Below, in pieces: positions 7,037 to 15,011 of a stretch of DNA of 48,007 nt. Both the position numbers and the translations under genes were made by a program. The stretch's first letter is position 1; each line of letters begins with the position of its first letter. The DNA is from a virus. Below the pieces are notes generated by a model. That model saw only the letters and a list, made by a program, of their open reading frames with translations. It was not told the DNA's origin and did not search any database. The stretch lies in the IMG/VR virus record IMGVR_UViG_3300045988_078200; one strand, given 5' to 3'.

Positions 7037-7073
7037 AAAAACGGCGGAAAAGTCAACAAACAACGCCGTTTTT
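7037..7073 (+). terminator. Terminator-like hairpin with a T-run.
   Basis: AAAAACGGCG pairs with CGCCGTTTTT across a 17-nt loop. Confidence 0.4.
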
Positions 7074-7222
7074 ATGCGGCGTAGCGGGCTTGTAATGGGT
7101 ATTATCATTCCGACGAAGCCTTGTTACGCAGACAGGAAGAAAGCACGGGTTCAGCGGTCCCGCTCCACGTCCTCTTCCCTCTTCACTTTCTCTTTTTGCG
7201 CCGCCGAGGGTAAAGGGGGATT

Positions 7223-7275
7223 GCAAAGGGGGAAGAGGGAGGGGGCGCAGGATAGGAACCCTCTTCCCCCTTTGC
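7223..7275. promoter_or_regulatory. Perfect 17-bp-stem inverted repeat in a purine/pyrimidine-skewed non-coding region. Candidate replication origin.
   Basis: GCAAAGGGGGAAGAGGG (7223-7239) pairs with CCCTCTTCCCCCTTTGC (7259-7275) across a 19-nt loop. It lies 73 bp upstream of the Rep-like gene. Confidence 0.45.
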
Positions 7276-7347
7276 GCCCTGACAGGGAGCAGACCGGAAA
7301 GACAGGACACGCCCGCTTCATCATCCACAGAAAGAGGGTGAAGCAAA

Positions 7348-8166
7348 GTGCGAACATTTATCAGAGAAAAGAAAATCTATTGCGGAAAGAGTTACCGGGA
7401 AGTTGACATATTCCAGTACACAGACGCACAGTACAGAGCCACAAGGCGGACCCGCTCGAAGAAAGTGCGAGAATCGGAGCCAAAGCAAAAGAACCTGAAC
7501 GACATAAACGCCCGGCGGTATTTTATCCAGCTTGGAAACCTGAATTTCGGGGACGACCCGGACGCGCTTCATGTATCGGCTACATACAGCCCGAAATATC
7601 TTCCTGCCACGGTGGAGGACGCGGAGCGGGAGGCGACAAATTACCTCCGCCGGATTTCATACCGCAGGGAGAAAGAGGGATTGCCGCCGCTGAAATACCT
7701 GCTGATCACGTCATACACCACCAAACGAAACAGCGACACCCCCGTTCGCATTCATCACCATATCGTTATGAACGGCGGGTTAGACCGCGACACGGTGGAA
7801 GAGTTGTGGAGGAAGCGGAAGCGCAAGGGCCAGAAGAAAGGTGATCGAATCGGCTTTTGCAACGCTGACCGCCTGCAAGCCGATGAAAACGGCATAGCGG
7901 CCCTTTGTGTCTACCTTGTGAAGCAGAGCGGCGGGAAGAAGCGGTGGACTTCCTCGCAGAACCTTGAACGCCCCACCAGTCGGACGAATGACGGGAAGTA
8001 CAATCGGCGGCAGATCGAGAAGTGGGCGCGGGAGCGTCCGGGGCGGGAGTTTTGGGAAAAGAAATATCCCGGCTGGACCCTGACGGACGAAGATTACGGG
8101 ATTGAGTACAAATACAACGACTTCACGGGTTGGTCAATATACCTGAAATTGAGGAAGAAAGAATAG
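7348..8166 (+). CDS. Putative HUH-type rolling-circle replication initiator (Rep_1-like).
   Basis: RIHHHIVMNG fits HxHxhhh. CVYLVKQ fits the YxVK tyrosine motif. LHVSATYSP may be motif 1. The match was made by eye only. Confidence 0.45.
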   Translation: MRTFIREKKIYCGKSYREVDIFQYTDAQYRATRRTRSKKVRESEPKQKNLNDINARRYFIQLGNLNFGDDPDALHVSATYSPKYLPATVEDAEREATNYLRRISYRREKEGLPPLKYLLITSYTTKRNSDTPVRIHHHIVMNGGLDRDTVEELWRKRKRKGQKKGDRIGFCNADRLQADENGIAALCVYLVKQSGGKKRWTSSQNLERPTSRTNDGKYNRRQIEKWARERPGREFWEKKYPGWTLTDEDYGIEYKYNDFTGWSIYLKLRKKE

Positions 8167-8176
8167 GGGCAGGACG

Positions 8177-8936
8177 ATGAAAAGCGAATATTTCGTGTCC
8201 TGTTCATTCGGGGCAGACAGCACGGCGACGGCGATTCTTGCAATCGAAAAGGGAGAACCGCTTTCGGCACTTGTTTATTGCGAAATCATGTTTGACAAAG
8301 GGAGATCGGCGGAAGTTCCAGAACATCGGGATTTCATATACAACACCGCAATTCCTTATTTTGAGCAACACGGAGTAAAAACAATCGTGTTGCGATCGGA
8401 AAAGACGGCGCGCGAGTGGATGGAATCGCGGGTAATAAAAGGGCCACGAACCGGGAAGAAACACGGTTTCCCGCTTTCGGGCCGTCAAGGTTGGTGCAGT
8501 ATAAAGCGGGACTGTAAATTGCCGCCGCTGAACAAATTCCAGAAAGAACACCCCGGAGCCATTTACTACGAGGGAATTTGCGTTGACGAACAGAACAGAA
8601 TCAAAGAAGAAAAATTGGCGCAAGGCCGCTATCTGCTTGTCAAATACGGTTATACGCAGGAAATGGCGCGGAACCTATGCAAAGAACGGGGTTTGCTGTC
8701 CCCGATCTACAAATTTACAAAGCGGGGGGGGGTGCTTCTTTTGCCCGAATGCCAGCGACGGAGAGTTGCGGCACCTGCGAAAGCACCACCCGGAACTATG
8801 GGCCGAAATGATGAAGATTCAGATGGACCCGGAAACGGTGAGGCCGGGAAAATTTCGAGTTTTCGAGGGGTTGCAGGACATTGAAAGAAATTTCGAGTTA
8901 GAAGAAAATCAGATCAGCTTTTTTGATTTCACATAG
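8177..8936 (+). CDS. PAPS-reductase-family (PP-loop) protein, interrupted by a frameshift in a G9 tract at 8724-8732.
   Basis: The N-terminal ORF (8177-) carries SFGADS, a PP-loop-like motif. The conserved C-terminus CFFCPNASDGELRHLRKHHPELW is in another frame (ORF 8583-8936). G8 or G11 would fuse the two. Confidence 0.7.
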
Positions 8937-8951
8937 AAAGGAGTGGTCAAC

Positions 8952-9326
8952 ATGGGAACGCCTTACCGGGAATGCCCGAATTGTGGGGCGCATTTGGACG
9001 CGGGCGAACTTTGCGATTGCAGACGGACCGAGCGGGAGCCGCGCCGCCCGGAGCAAGAGCCGCGGAAGCCTATGCGCCTTATGGCGATTTGCCGCGAAAT
9101 TGACAAGGACACGGGAAGAAATGCCGTCTATCCCCTGAAAATGGAGATTGACGACCGGATTTTGGGAGCCTTGAAAGTTCGGGCAACGATGAACCCGGAA
9201 TTGCGGTATTTCGTCCTTGTGTCGGCGCGCTGGGAAAAGTACGGGACCGTGATTGCGGGAATTCTGAAACGCCGGAGCGTCACGCGGGCAGACGTGGACA
9301 ACATCGGCGGAATTGTGGAGTTGTGA
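8952..9326 (+). CDS. Hypothetical protein with an N-terminal zinc ribbon.
   Basis: AAGGAG lies 7 nt before the ATG at 8952. The motif is CPNCGAHLDAGELCDC. Confidence 0.6.
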   Translation: MGTPYRECPNCGAHLDAGELCDCRRTEREPRRPEQEPRKPMRLMAICREIDKDTGRNAVYPLKMEIDDRILGALKVRATMNPELRYFVLVSARWEKYGTVIAGILKRRSVTRADVDNIGGIVEL

Positions 9327-9341
9327 ACGGAGGTTGCACGA

Positions 9342-9506
9342 ATGGAGCGGGACAACCTGATAGAACAGGCGCAGGCATTGAACGCCGCAGTTGCCGTTAT
9401 CAAAGAATATTGCGACGGCAGGACGGCGGACGACGCTTGCCGAAAGTGCCTGTTCCGCGATAATTGCGGCGGGGAGCCGTACACATGGGGGGACGTAGAG
9501 CCATGA
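9342..9506 (+). CDS. Small Cys-rich protein, 54 aa.
   Basis: ATG at 9342. The stop overlaps the next ATG (ATGA). Confidence 0.45.
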   Translation: MERDNLIEQAQALNAAVAVIKEYCDGRTADDACRKCLFRDNCGGEPYTWGDVEP

Positions 9507-9979
9507 CACAGGAGCGGGAACGGATTTTGCAGAAGATCAAGCGGGTTCAGGCGTTGGCCGAACGGGGCGTTGCCGGGGAACAGGAATCCGCCGCGGCAAC
9601 CCTTGACCGCCTGATGAAGCAATACGGAATCACGGAAGCGGAACTGGAAGAAGAACGCCGGGAAATGGAGTGGTTCAGGTACAAGACACCCATTGAACGG
9701 AAGTTGCTTTTGCAGGTGATCTATTCCGTGACCGGGCGCGCGGCTTATGGTTGCGTAGGGAAATACACGGGGCGAAAGCGAAAGCAAGTCGGGATTGAAT
9801 GCACCGCGGCGGAACGGCTGGAAATTCAATTCGACTATGATTTTTTCCGCGAAGCATTGGAAGAGGAAATGGACAGGTTCTTTTCTGCGTTCCTGATAAA
9901 AACGGGATTTTCCCGCCGGAGGGAAAAGAACAGGATGAATTGCCGCCGCCGCGGGAAATCAGCCGGGAAGAAGCCATGA
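9503..9979 (+). CDS. DUF2786-like protein.
   Basis: The N-terminus ILQKIKRVQALAERGVAGEQESAAATLDRLMKQYGI fits the DUF2786 pattern as I remember it. Confidence 0.55.
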   Translation: MTQERERILQKIKRVQALAERGVAGEQESAAATLDRLMKQYGITEAELEEERREMEWFRYKTPIERKLLLQVIYSVTGRAAYGCVGKYTGRKRKQVGIECTAAERLEIQFDYDFFREALEEEMDRFFSAFLIKTGFSRRREKNRMNCRRRGKSAGKKP

Positions 9980-10049
9980 AACTTGAATCCCTGATGATGG
10001 GAATGGACCGCCACACCCGGCGGGCCGCGCTGGAAAGCGGGGTGGAACC

Positions 10050-10217
10050 GTGAATTGCGCGATATGCGGAAAACCCGTCGAGCGGGTCCGCCCTTGCGAA
10101 TACTACCGCCGCCGCGGGGAAGCTGTGTGCGACGAATGTTGCGAAGAGTGCTACCGGACAGAGCCGTTCCCCTGTCCAGACCATGACGAACGGGAGCGGG
10201 AGAAAACGGAGGGATAA
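10050..10217 (+). CDS. Small Cys-rich zinc-binding protein, 55 aa.
   Basis: GTG at 10050 overlaps an upstream stop. The motifs are CAICG...CDECCEEC...CPDH. Confidence 0.45.
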   Translation: MNCAICGKPVERVRPCEYYRRRGEAVCDECCEECYRTEPFPCPDHDEREREKTEG

Positions 10218-10220
10218 ACG

Positions 10221-10865
10221 ATGATAGATCACCAGCGCGCGGCCTTGCGCTACCAAAACAAGGTCAACAACGCGCAGGGGCAGTTTTTCGAGCGGGCCAT
10301 AAAAGCCGCGTGCGCCCTGTATTCGGAGCGGGGCCGGGCGGACGTGGACAAGACCCCGGAGCCGTTCCGGGTCCTCGAAAAGAGCCGGGACGGGATTTTC
10401 AAGGGACGGTTCACGGCCAGAGCGCAACCGGACTTTCAAGGGACGCTGGACGGCGGGCGGTCCATTGTCTTTGAAGCGAAGTACACCACCGGGGACCGCA
10501 TGAAACAGGAAGTTTTAACAAAGCCCCAGCAAGACGCGCTGGAACACCATTCCCGGCGGGGCGCGCTTGCCGCTGTGTGCGCTGGAATCGGAAACGACTT
10601 CTTTTTCGTTCCGTGGTTCATTTGGCGGGACATGAAGCAATGTTTCGGAAGAAAGTACGTAACCGCGGCGGACCTTGAATCATTCCGAATCCGGTTCAAT
10701 GGTGCGGTCCTGTTTCTGGACTACACCCACCAGATCGAAGGGCGGTGGATTCGCGGGGCGGACTGCAACATGGAGAAATGGAGGGAAACCGGAAATGAAA
10801 AAAGGGAAACAGCACCGACAGAAAGTGACGGTCCGCGTCACGCCGCAGACAGCATACAACCTTGA
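10221..10865 (+). CDS. recU: RecU-like Holliday-junction resolvase.
   Basis: GQFFERAI...Y...GRADVDKTPEPFRV...PDFQGTLDGGRSIVFEAKYT...PQQDALEHH follows the RecU motif order. Confidence 0.65.
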   Translation: MIDHQRAALRYQNKVNNAQGQFFERAIKAACALYSERGRADVDKTPEPFRVLEKSRDGIFKGRFTARAQPDFQGTLDGGRSIVFEAKYTTGDRMKQEVLTKPQQDALEHHSRRGALAAVCAGIGNDFFFVPWFIWRDMKQCFGRKYVTAADLESFRIRFNGAVLFLDYTHQIEGRWIRGADCNMEKWRETGNEKRETAPTESDGPRHAADSIQP

Positions 10866-10980
10866 CCGCCTTGTTACCATGAGCGGGTTAAAAACGCCGG
10901 GAAGAGTGGTTGACAAGCTGGTTCGTGAAAAAATGCTTGCCTTGCGCGGGCATACCGGAGGAAAGGAGAACGACCGATGA
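10795..10980 (+). CDS. Small ribbon-helix-helix (CopG-like) protein.
   Basis: GGAGGG precedes the ATG at 10795. The stretch is KVTVRVTPQTAYNLDRLVTMSGLKTPGRVVDKLV. Confidence 0.5.
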   Translation: MKKGKQHRQKVTVRVTPQTAYNLDRLVTMSGLKTPGRVVDKLVREKMLALRGHTGGKENDR

Positions 10981-11096
10981 AATATGATTGCGGGAAGCCG
11001 GAGTGGGCCGAAATGGAGCCTTGCCCGCTGGAAACGGGAGAACTGGAAGATTGCGCGGAATGCGCATGGGCCGTAGAGCGTGAGGACGCGGAATAG
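10977..11096 (+). CDS. Very small acidic Cys-containing ORF, 39 aa.
   Basis: ATGA overlap with the previous gene. Confidence 0.35.
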   Translation: MKYDCGKPEWAEMEPCPLETGELEDCAECAWAVEREDAE

Positions 11097-11098
11097 GG

Positions 11099-11335
11099 GT
11101 GCAGGCGGTGAAAAACCGAAAGTGCGAAAAGTGCGGCGCGCCGACGGCGGAGGGCTTGCCGCTTTGTCCGGCCTGCATGAAAGAATCCGGCGCGGCGGCG
11201 GAGATCGTCGAAGCCGCGGAAGAGTTGCGGGACATTGCGCGGGTTTTGTCTATCGAGGCGGGAGCCGACGCGAACATTCGTGACGCAATGGAGGGCATTT
11301 TGAACATAGCCGACAGGCTGGAACGGAGGAAATGA
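11099..11335 (+). CDS. Small zinc-ribbon protein.
   Basis: The pairs CEKC...CPAC occur at the N-terminus. Confidence 0.55.
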   Translation: MQAVKNRKCEKCGAPTAEGLPLCPACMKESGAAAEIVEAAEELRDIARVLSIEAGADANIRDAMEGILNIADRLERRK

Positions 11336-11336
11336 C

Positions 11337-11573
11337 ATGGAGTTTTTGCGATTTATCTTTTCGTCTTTTTGGGTTTGGCTGGGATTCGTTGTGCTGATTG
11401 CCGCGGCGGGTGGTGCTGTTGTGGAGATCGTCAAGGCCATTCGACCGGCCCGGAAGATTGCAGTATATCGAACGGGCGACGTTGTGCGCGTGGAGGTTGA
11501 GGGCGCAGGCCGAGGGGATATTCCGGCGGCGGTTAAAGCCGCAAAGGAGCGGGACACGGAGGACGCGGAATGA
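11337..11573 (+). CDS. Small membrane protein.
   Basis: The N-terminal hydrophobic segment is FIFSSFWVWLGFVVLIAAAGGAVV. Confidence 0.55.
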   Translation: MEFLRFIFSSFWVWLGFVVLIAAAGGAVVEIVKAIRPARKIAVYRTGDVVRVEVEGAGRGDIPAAVKAAKERDTEDAE

Positions 11574-12018
11574 ACGCGGCATTATTGAGCAGTAAGAAAA
11601 TGGACTATTGCACGCCGCAGGACTTTTTCGACCGCCTGAATGATGAATTCGGGTTTGTGCTGGACGCGGCGGCGACGGCCAAAAGCGCAAAATGCCCGGC
11701 GTACTACACGCCGGAAACCGATGGTTTGAATAGTCCTTGGAATCTTGCGGGGGGGGGGCTGTTTGGTGTAACCCTCCATACGGACGGGAAACCGGGAAAT
11801 GGGTTCGTAAAGCCTATGAAGAAGCCCGGAGCGGGAAAACGGTTGTTCTTCTGATTCCGGCCAGAACAGACACAGCATACTTTCACGACTACATATACGG
11901 GAAAGCGGAAATCCGGTTCGTGCGCGGGCGGCTACGCTTCACCGATGAAGAGGGCAACGCATACGCCCCCGCCCCGTTCCCGTCGATGGTGGTCATCTAC
12001 AACGGAAAGCGACGGTGA
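11570..12018 (+). CDS. dam: Phage Dam-type N6-adenine DNA methyltransferase, interrupted by a frameshift in a G10 tract at 11749-11758.
   Basis: The N-terminal frame reads YCTPQDFFDRLNDEFGFVLDAAAT...GLNSPW. The C-terminal frame reads AVWCNPPYGRETGKWVRKAYEE...LLIPARTDTAYFHDYI...IRFVRGRLRF, which includes the NPPY motif. G11 or G8 would restore one ORF. Confidence 0.8.
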
Positions 12019-12024
12019 AAATAC

Positions 12025-12495
12025 ATGACCTATCAACCGAAAGTCATTCGGTGCCGCCTCCATACGGGCGGCAAGACCGTTCAGGAAATCCGGGAGAGGT
12101 ACGCCGGACAGGGCATGACATACCGGGATTTCGAGAGCATTCAGCGGGCGAATGAAGAGTTCGACGGGCTGGTGGTCCTGCTGTCCCTTTGGGACTATGA
12201 CAACCACGAAGCCTATCACCTGCATAACTGGAACCCGGAGGACGACGAACGAATGATGATGGCAATTTATCATTCCGAGCAGGTCCATCCGTTCCCCCGA
12301 TACAAAAACGCCCTTGAACAGTTCAAGGCGGATTGGACAGCGGGGACCTACGACCCCGGCGCGACACTATGTTTTCAGCCGGAGGACGTGGAGGAAATCG
12401 AAGTTCTTTGCGAAGAGATCATGCCGGAGCCGCAGACGGACACACCCCAGCCCCGGACACCCAAAAAGAAGCGCAGGAAGCGGCGCAGGAAGTGA
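12025..12495 (+). CDS. Hypothetical protein with a basic C-terminal tail.
   Basis: 156-aa ORF. Confidence 0.6.
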   Translation: MTYQPKVIRCRLHTGGKTVQEIRERYAGQGMTYRDFESIQRANEEFDGLVVLLSLWDYDNHEAYHLHNWNPEDDERMMMAIYHSEQVHPFPRYKNALEQFKADWTAGTYDPGATLCFQPEDVEEIEVLCEEIMPEPQTDTPQPRTPKKKRRKRRRK

Positions 12496-12505
12496 GGCGG
12501 CGAAA

Positions 12506-12682
12506 ATGTGCGACAAGAGTTGCCCGGATTTCGGGAAGTGCGAAAAATGCAGGCACGGGGAAAAGACAAGGAAACGGATAGAATGCAGAATCGGTGATCG
12601 CCGCGGGCCACATTCTCGCTGTTTTACGTGCCGGAAAAAAGATAGGTGCAAGCGGGCAAGAAAAGGCGGTGAACCCACATGA
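12506..12682 (+). CDS. Small Cys-rich basic protein, 58 aa.
   Basis: ATG at 12506. The motifs are CDKSCPDFGKCEKC...CFTC. The stop overlaps the next ATG. Confidence 0.4.
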   Translation: MCDKSCPDFGKCEKCRHGEKTRKRIECRIGDRRGPHSRCFTCRKKDRCKRARKGGEPT

Positions 12683-13344
12683 AGCTAAAGAAAGTTGCTT
12701 CCATTTGCAGTAAAACGAAAATCTTCTGTCTGTACGACCGGGAGGAATCCGGCGGAGAGGTTTCACAATGGCTTGGGGATTCATCCGCAATTTACCCGAT
12801 CACAGGACTTCCGTACATGGATGAAGAAAATATCTATTCCATGTTCGACATTTCGGCAAAACAGCAAGAGAAGATCATATTTCGCCACCAGCGCGCGCCG
12901 GAGGGAATCAACCTTTCCGACACGGACCCGACGGAACACCGGATTGACGAAGAGAGCCTTTCACTGGTGTACGACGGAGGCGTGTTGAAGCCGTTGCAAA
13001 CGCGGAACGGGATTTCGTTCATTCAGAACAAGTATTTATCGCCGCTGGAAGATGTAATTGACATGGTGCAGTTGTACGAGCGGGAAACCCCGCAGGGCAT
13101 GACATACATTGTCGCAAAGACCGGGCTTTTCGTCGCGGCGGTCATCATGCCGTATAACGTCATCAATGAAAAGTTCGTCTACCACCTTTCCGCGCTGGCC
13201 CGGCAATGTAGCCGCGCGCTGGCGGAAAAGAAGATAGACCGACCCGCGGCGGAGGCCATAGACGAAACGCAGTACAGAATCAGCGTAGACGAAAGAACCG
13301 GGGAGATCATCGACTTTCCGGGAGAAACGGAGGCAGAACAATGA
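12679..13344 (+). CDS. Hypothetical protein, 221 aa.
   Basis: ORF in the coupled gene chain. Confidence 0.65.
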   Translation: MKLKKVASICSKTKIFCLYDREESGGEVSQWLGDSSAIYPITGLPYMDEENIYSMFDISAKQQEKIIFRHQRAPEGINLSDTDPTEHRIDEESLSLVYDGGVLKPLQTRNGISFIQNKYLSPLEDVIDMVQLYERETPQGMTYIVAKTGLFVAAVIMPYNVINEKFVYHLSALARQCSRALAEKKIDRPAAEAIDETQYRISVDERTGEIIDFPGETEAEQ

Positions 13345-13694
13345 AACTTGCGGCATTCAACGCAACATGCCCTTTTGAGATCGGGGACAAAATCAAGAGC
13401 AGGCGGAGGGCAACACCGGGAGAGGCGGAGGCGTTCAGACTTGACCCGGCGGCAGTCGTCGAAGAGGTCCACACGATCACCGACATTGTGTGCGAACATA
13501 GCGTAAAGAACGGGACCGTTACATTCATGTATGAACTGGACAACAGCGGGAAGCTGGTGCATATCGCCGCGGCCCCGCGCCCGGAACAGTGGGAGGCCCC
13601 GACGCAAAGCAAAGGCGTAATGATGATTACAGGGGATGAAAGCGGACCGCTTCCGCCGGGGTTCGTGGACTTCATCAAGCGGCGGTTCGGATAA
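13341..13694 (+). CDS. Hypothetical protein, paralogue of 13730-13957.
   Basis: The two share CP[FY]EIG[DE]...HTITDIVC...[FL][ML]YELD. Confidence 0.6.
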   Translation: MKLAAFNATCPFEIGDKIKSRRRATPGEAEAFRLDPAAVVEEVHTITDIVCEHSVKNGTVTFMYELDNSGKLVHIAAAPRPEQWEAPTQSKGVMMITGDESGPLPPGFVDFIKRRFG

Positions 13695-13729
13695 CACAGA
13701 GCCGGACCGGACAGAAAGCAGGCGACCGA

Positions 13730-13957
13730 ATGACGACCATAAAAATTTCCGCCTCTTGCCCCTATGAGATAGGCGAGGAAATCACCATAAACCGAAAAAT
13801 ATTCCCGCCGGAACTGGCGTTCAAATTCCCGGCGGAAACCCACACGATCACCGATATTGTGTGCCAGTACAGCACGCAGACCGGGGAAGCCGTGTTTCTG
13901 TATGAGTTGGACGGGCGCGGTCCGCTGGTGCAGATACAGGAGCCGCGGCGCAAGTAA
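13730..13957 (+). CDS. Hypothetical protein, paralogue of 13341-13694.
   Basis: Same shared motifs as its paralogue. Confidence 0.6.
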   Translation: MTTIKISASCPYEIGEEITINRKIFPPELAFKFPAETHTITDIVCQYSTQTGEAVFLYELDGRGPLVQIQEPRRK

Positions 13958-14002
13958 CCACTACCCGCCGAGCGGGACAAATAAAACAAGGAGGTTTGAC
14001 CG

Positions 14003-14773
14003 ATGAAAATTGTCTCCATTATCAACCTGAAAGGCGGCGTTGCAAAGACGCTAACCGCCGACAATATGGCCCACGTACTCGCTGTTTTCCACAAAAAGCG
14101 GGTTTTGCTTGTGGATAACGACAAGCAGGGCAACACGTCAAAGGCGTTCGGGGTCCATTCCTACGACGAAAAGAGCCTTTCCGACGTTCTGACCGCCCGG
14201 CGGCTGGACGTGCGGGAGGTCATCAAAAAGACCCGGTTCGAGAATATCGACGTATTGCCCGCTAACATGACGCTGATTCGCGCAAATATGGAAGTGCTGA
14301 TGGACACCACCCGGCCACAGCAAACGCGCCTGCGGGCCGCGCTGGACCCCGTAGCGGGGCAATATGACTTCTGCATTATCGACAACGCCCCGGACATCAA
14401 CATTTCCACGATAAACGCCCTTGTTGCCTCCGACGACGTGATTATTCCGATTAAGATTGACAAGTACGCTTTCGACGGGCTGGCCGAACTGAAAGAACAG
14501 ATCGAGGACACGCGGGACGACTTGAACCCGCGCTTGCGGCTGGCCGGGTGCCTGATCACCTGCTTTATCCGAGCAGACGCAGAGAAGCAGGGCGAAGCAT
14601 GGTTGCGGAGCCGCCCGGAATACCCTGTATTTGACACCCGCATTCGGTATTCGGAGAAAGTCACAGAAAGCACCTTTTCGGAAATGCCGATTGCAGAATA
14701 TAGCCGCCGGAGCGGAACGGCTATGGACTATATCGCATTTGTGCGGGAATATTTGCAGAGGGGCAAGGCATGA
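14003..14773 (+). CDS. parA: ParA/Soj-family partition ATPase.
   Basis: MKIVSIINLKGGVAKT carries the deviant Walker A. LLVDNDKQGN is also present. GGAGG lies upstream of the start. Confidence 0.88.
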   Translation: MKIVSIINLKGGVAKTLTADNMAHVLAVFHKKRVLLVDNDKQGNTSKAFGVHSYDEKSLSDVLTARRLDVREVIKKTRFENIDVLPANMTLIRANMEVLMDTTRPQQTRLRAALDPVAGQYDFCIIDNAPDINISTINALVASDDVIIPIKIDKYAFDGLAELKEQIEDTRDDLNPRLRLAGCLITCFIRADAEKQGEAWLRSRPEYPVFDTRIRYSEKVTESTFSEMPIAEYSRRSGTAMDYIAFVREYLQRGKA

Positions 14774-14979
14774 GAGAAAAGAAGCTGACCCCGGAATATT
14801 GCAAAAACGGGAAAATACGGGCGTATCAATGCGGGATTTGTGATCGGCTGGACGTGGACGACGTGACGGACAAACGCTTTTGCCGAGCGGGATTCTGGCC
14901 CGGTTGCGGGGACCCGGACGGGTGCCGGGAAGCATTCAAACTGATTACAGGTGCCGGACGAATTGGCGTACACAGATAA
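14770..14979 (+). CDS. Small Cys-rich protein between parA and parB.
   Basis: 69-aa ORF with an ATGA overlap onto parA. Confidence 0.45.
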   Translation: MREKKLTPEYCKNGKIRAYQCGICDRLDVDDVTDKRFCRAGFWPGCGDPDGCREAFKLITGAGRIGVHR

Positions 14980-15011
14980 ACCGTCCGACTCGGACAGAAA
15001 GGGCGTACATC

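Noticed and set aside
7076-7170. A possible tRNA-like segment in the large intergenic region (GCGGCGTAG... then ...GGGTTCAGCGGTCCCGCTCCA).
   Set aside because: No 7-bp acceptor stem can be formed between the ends. The putative T-arm has a 9-nt loop and lacks the GTTCRANYC consensus. I could not fold a cloverleaf by eye.
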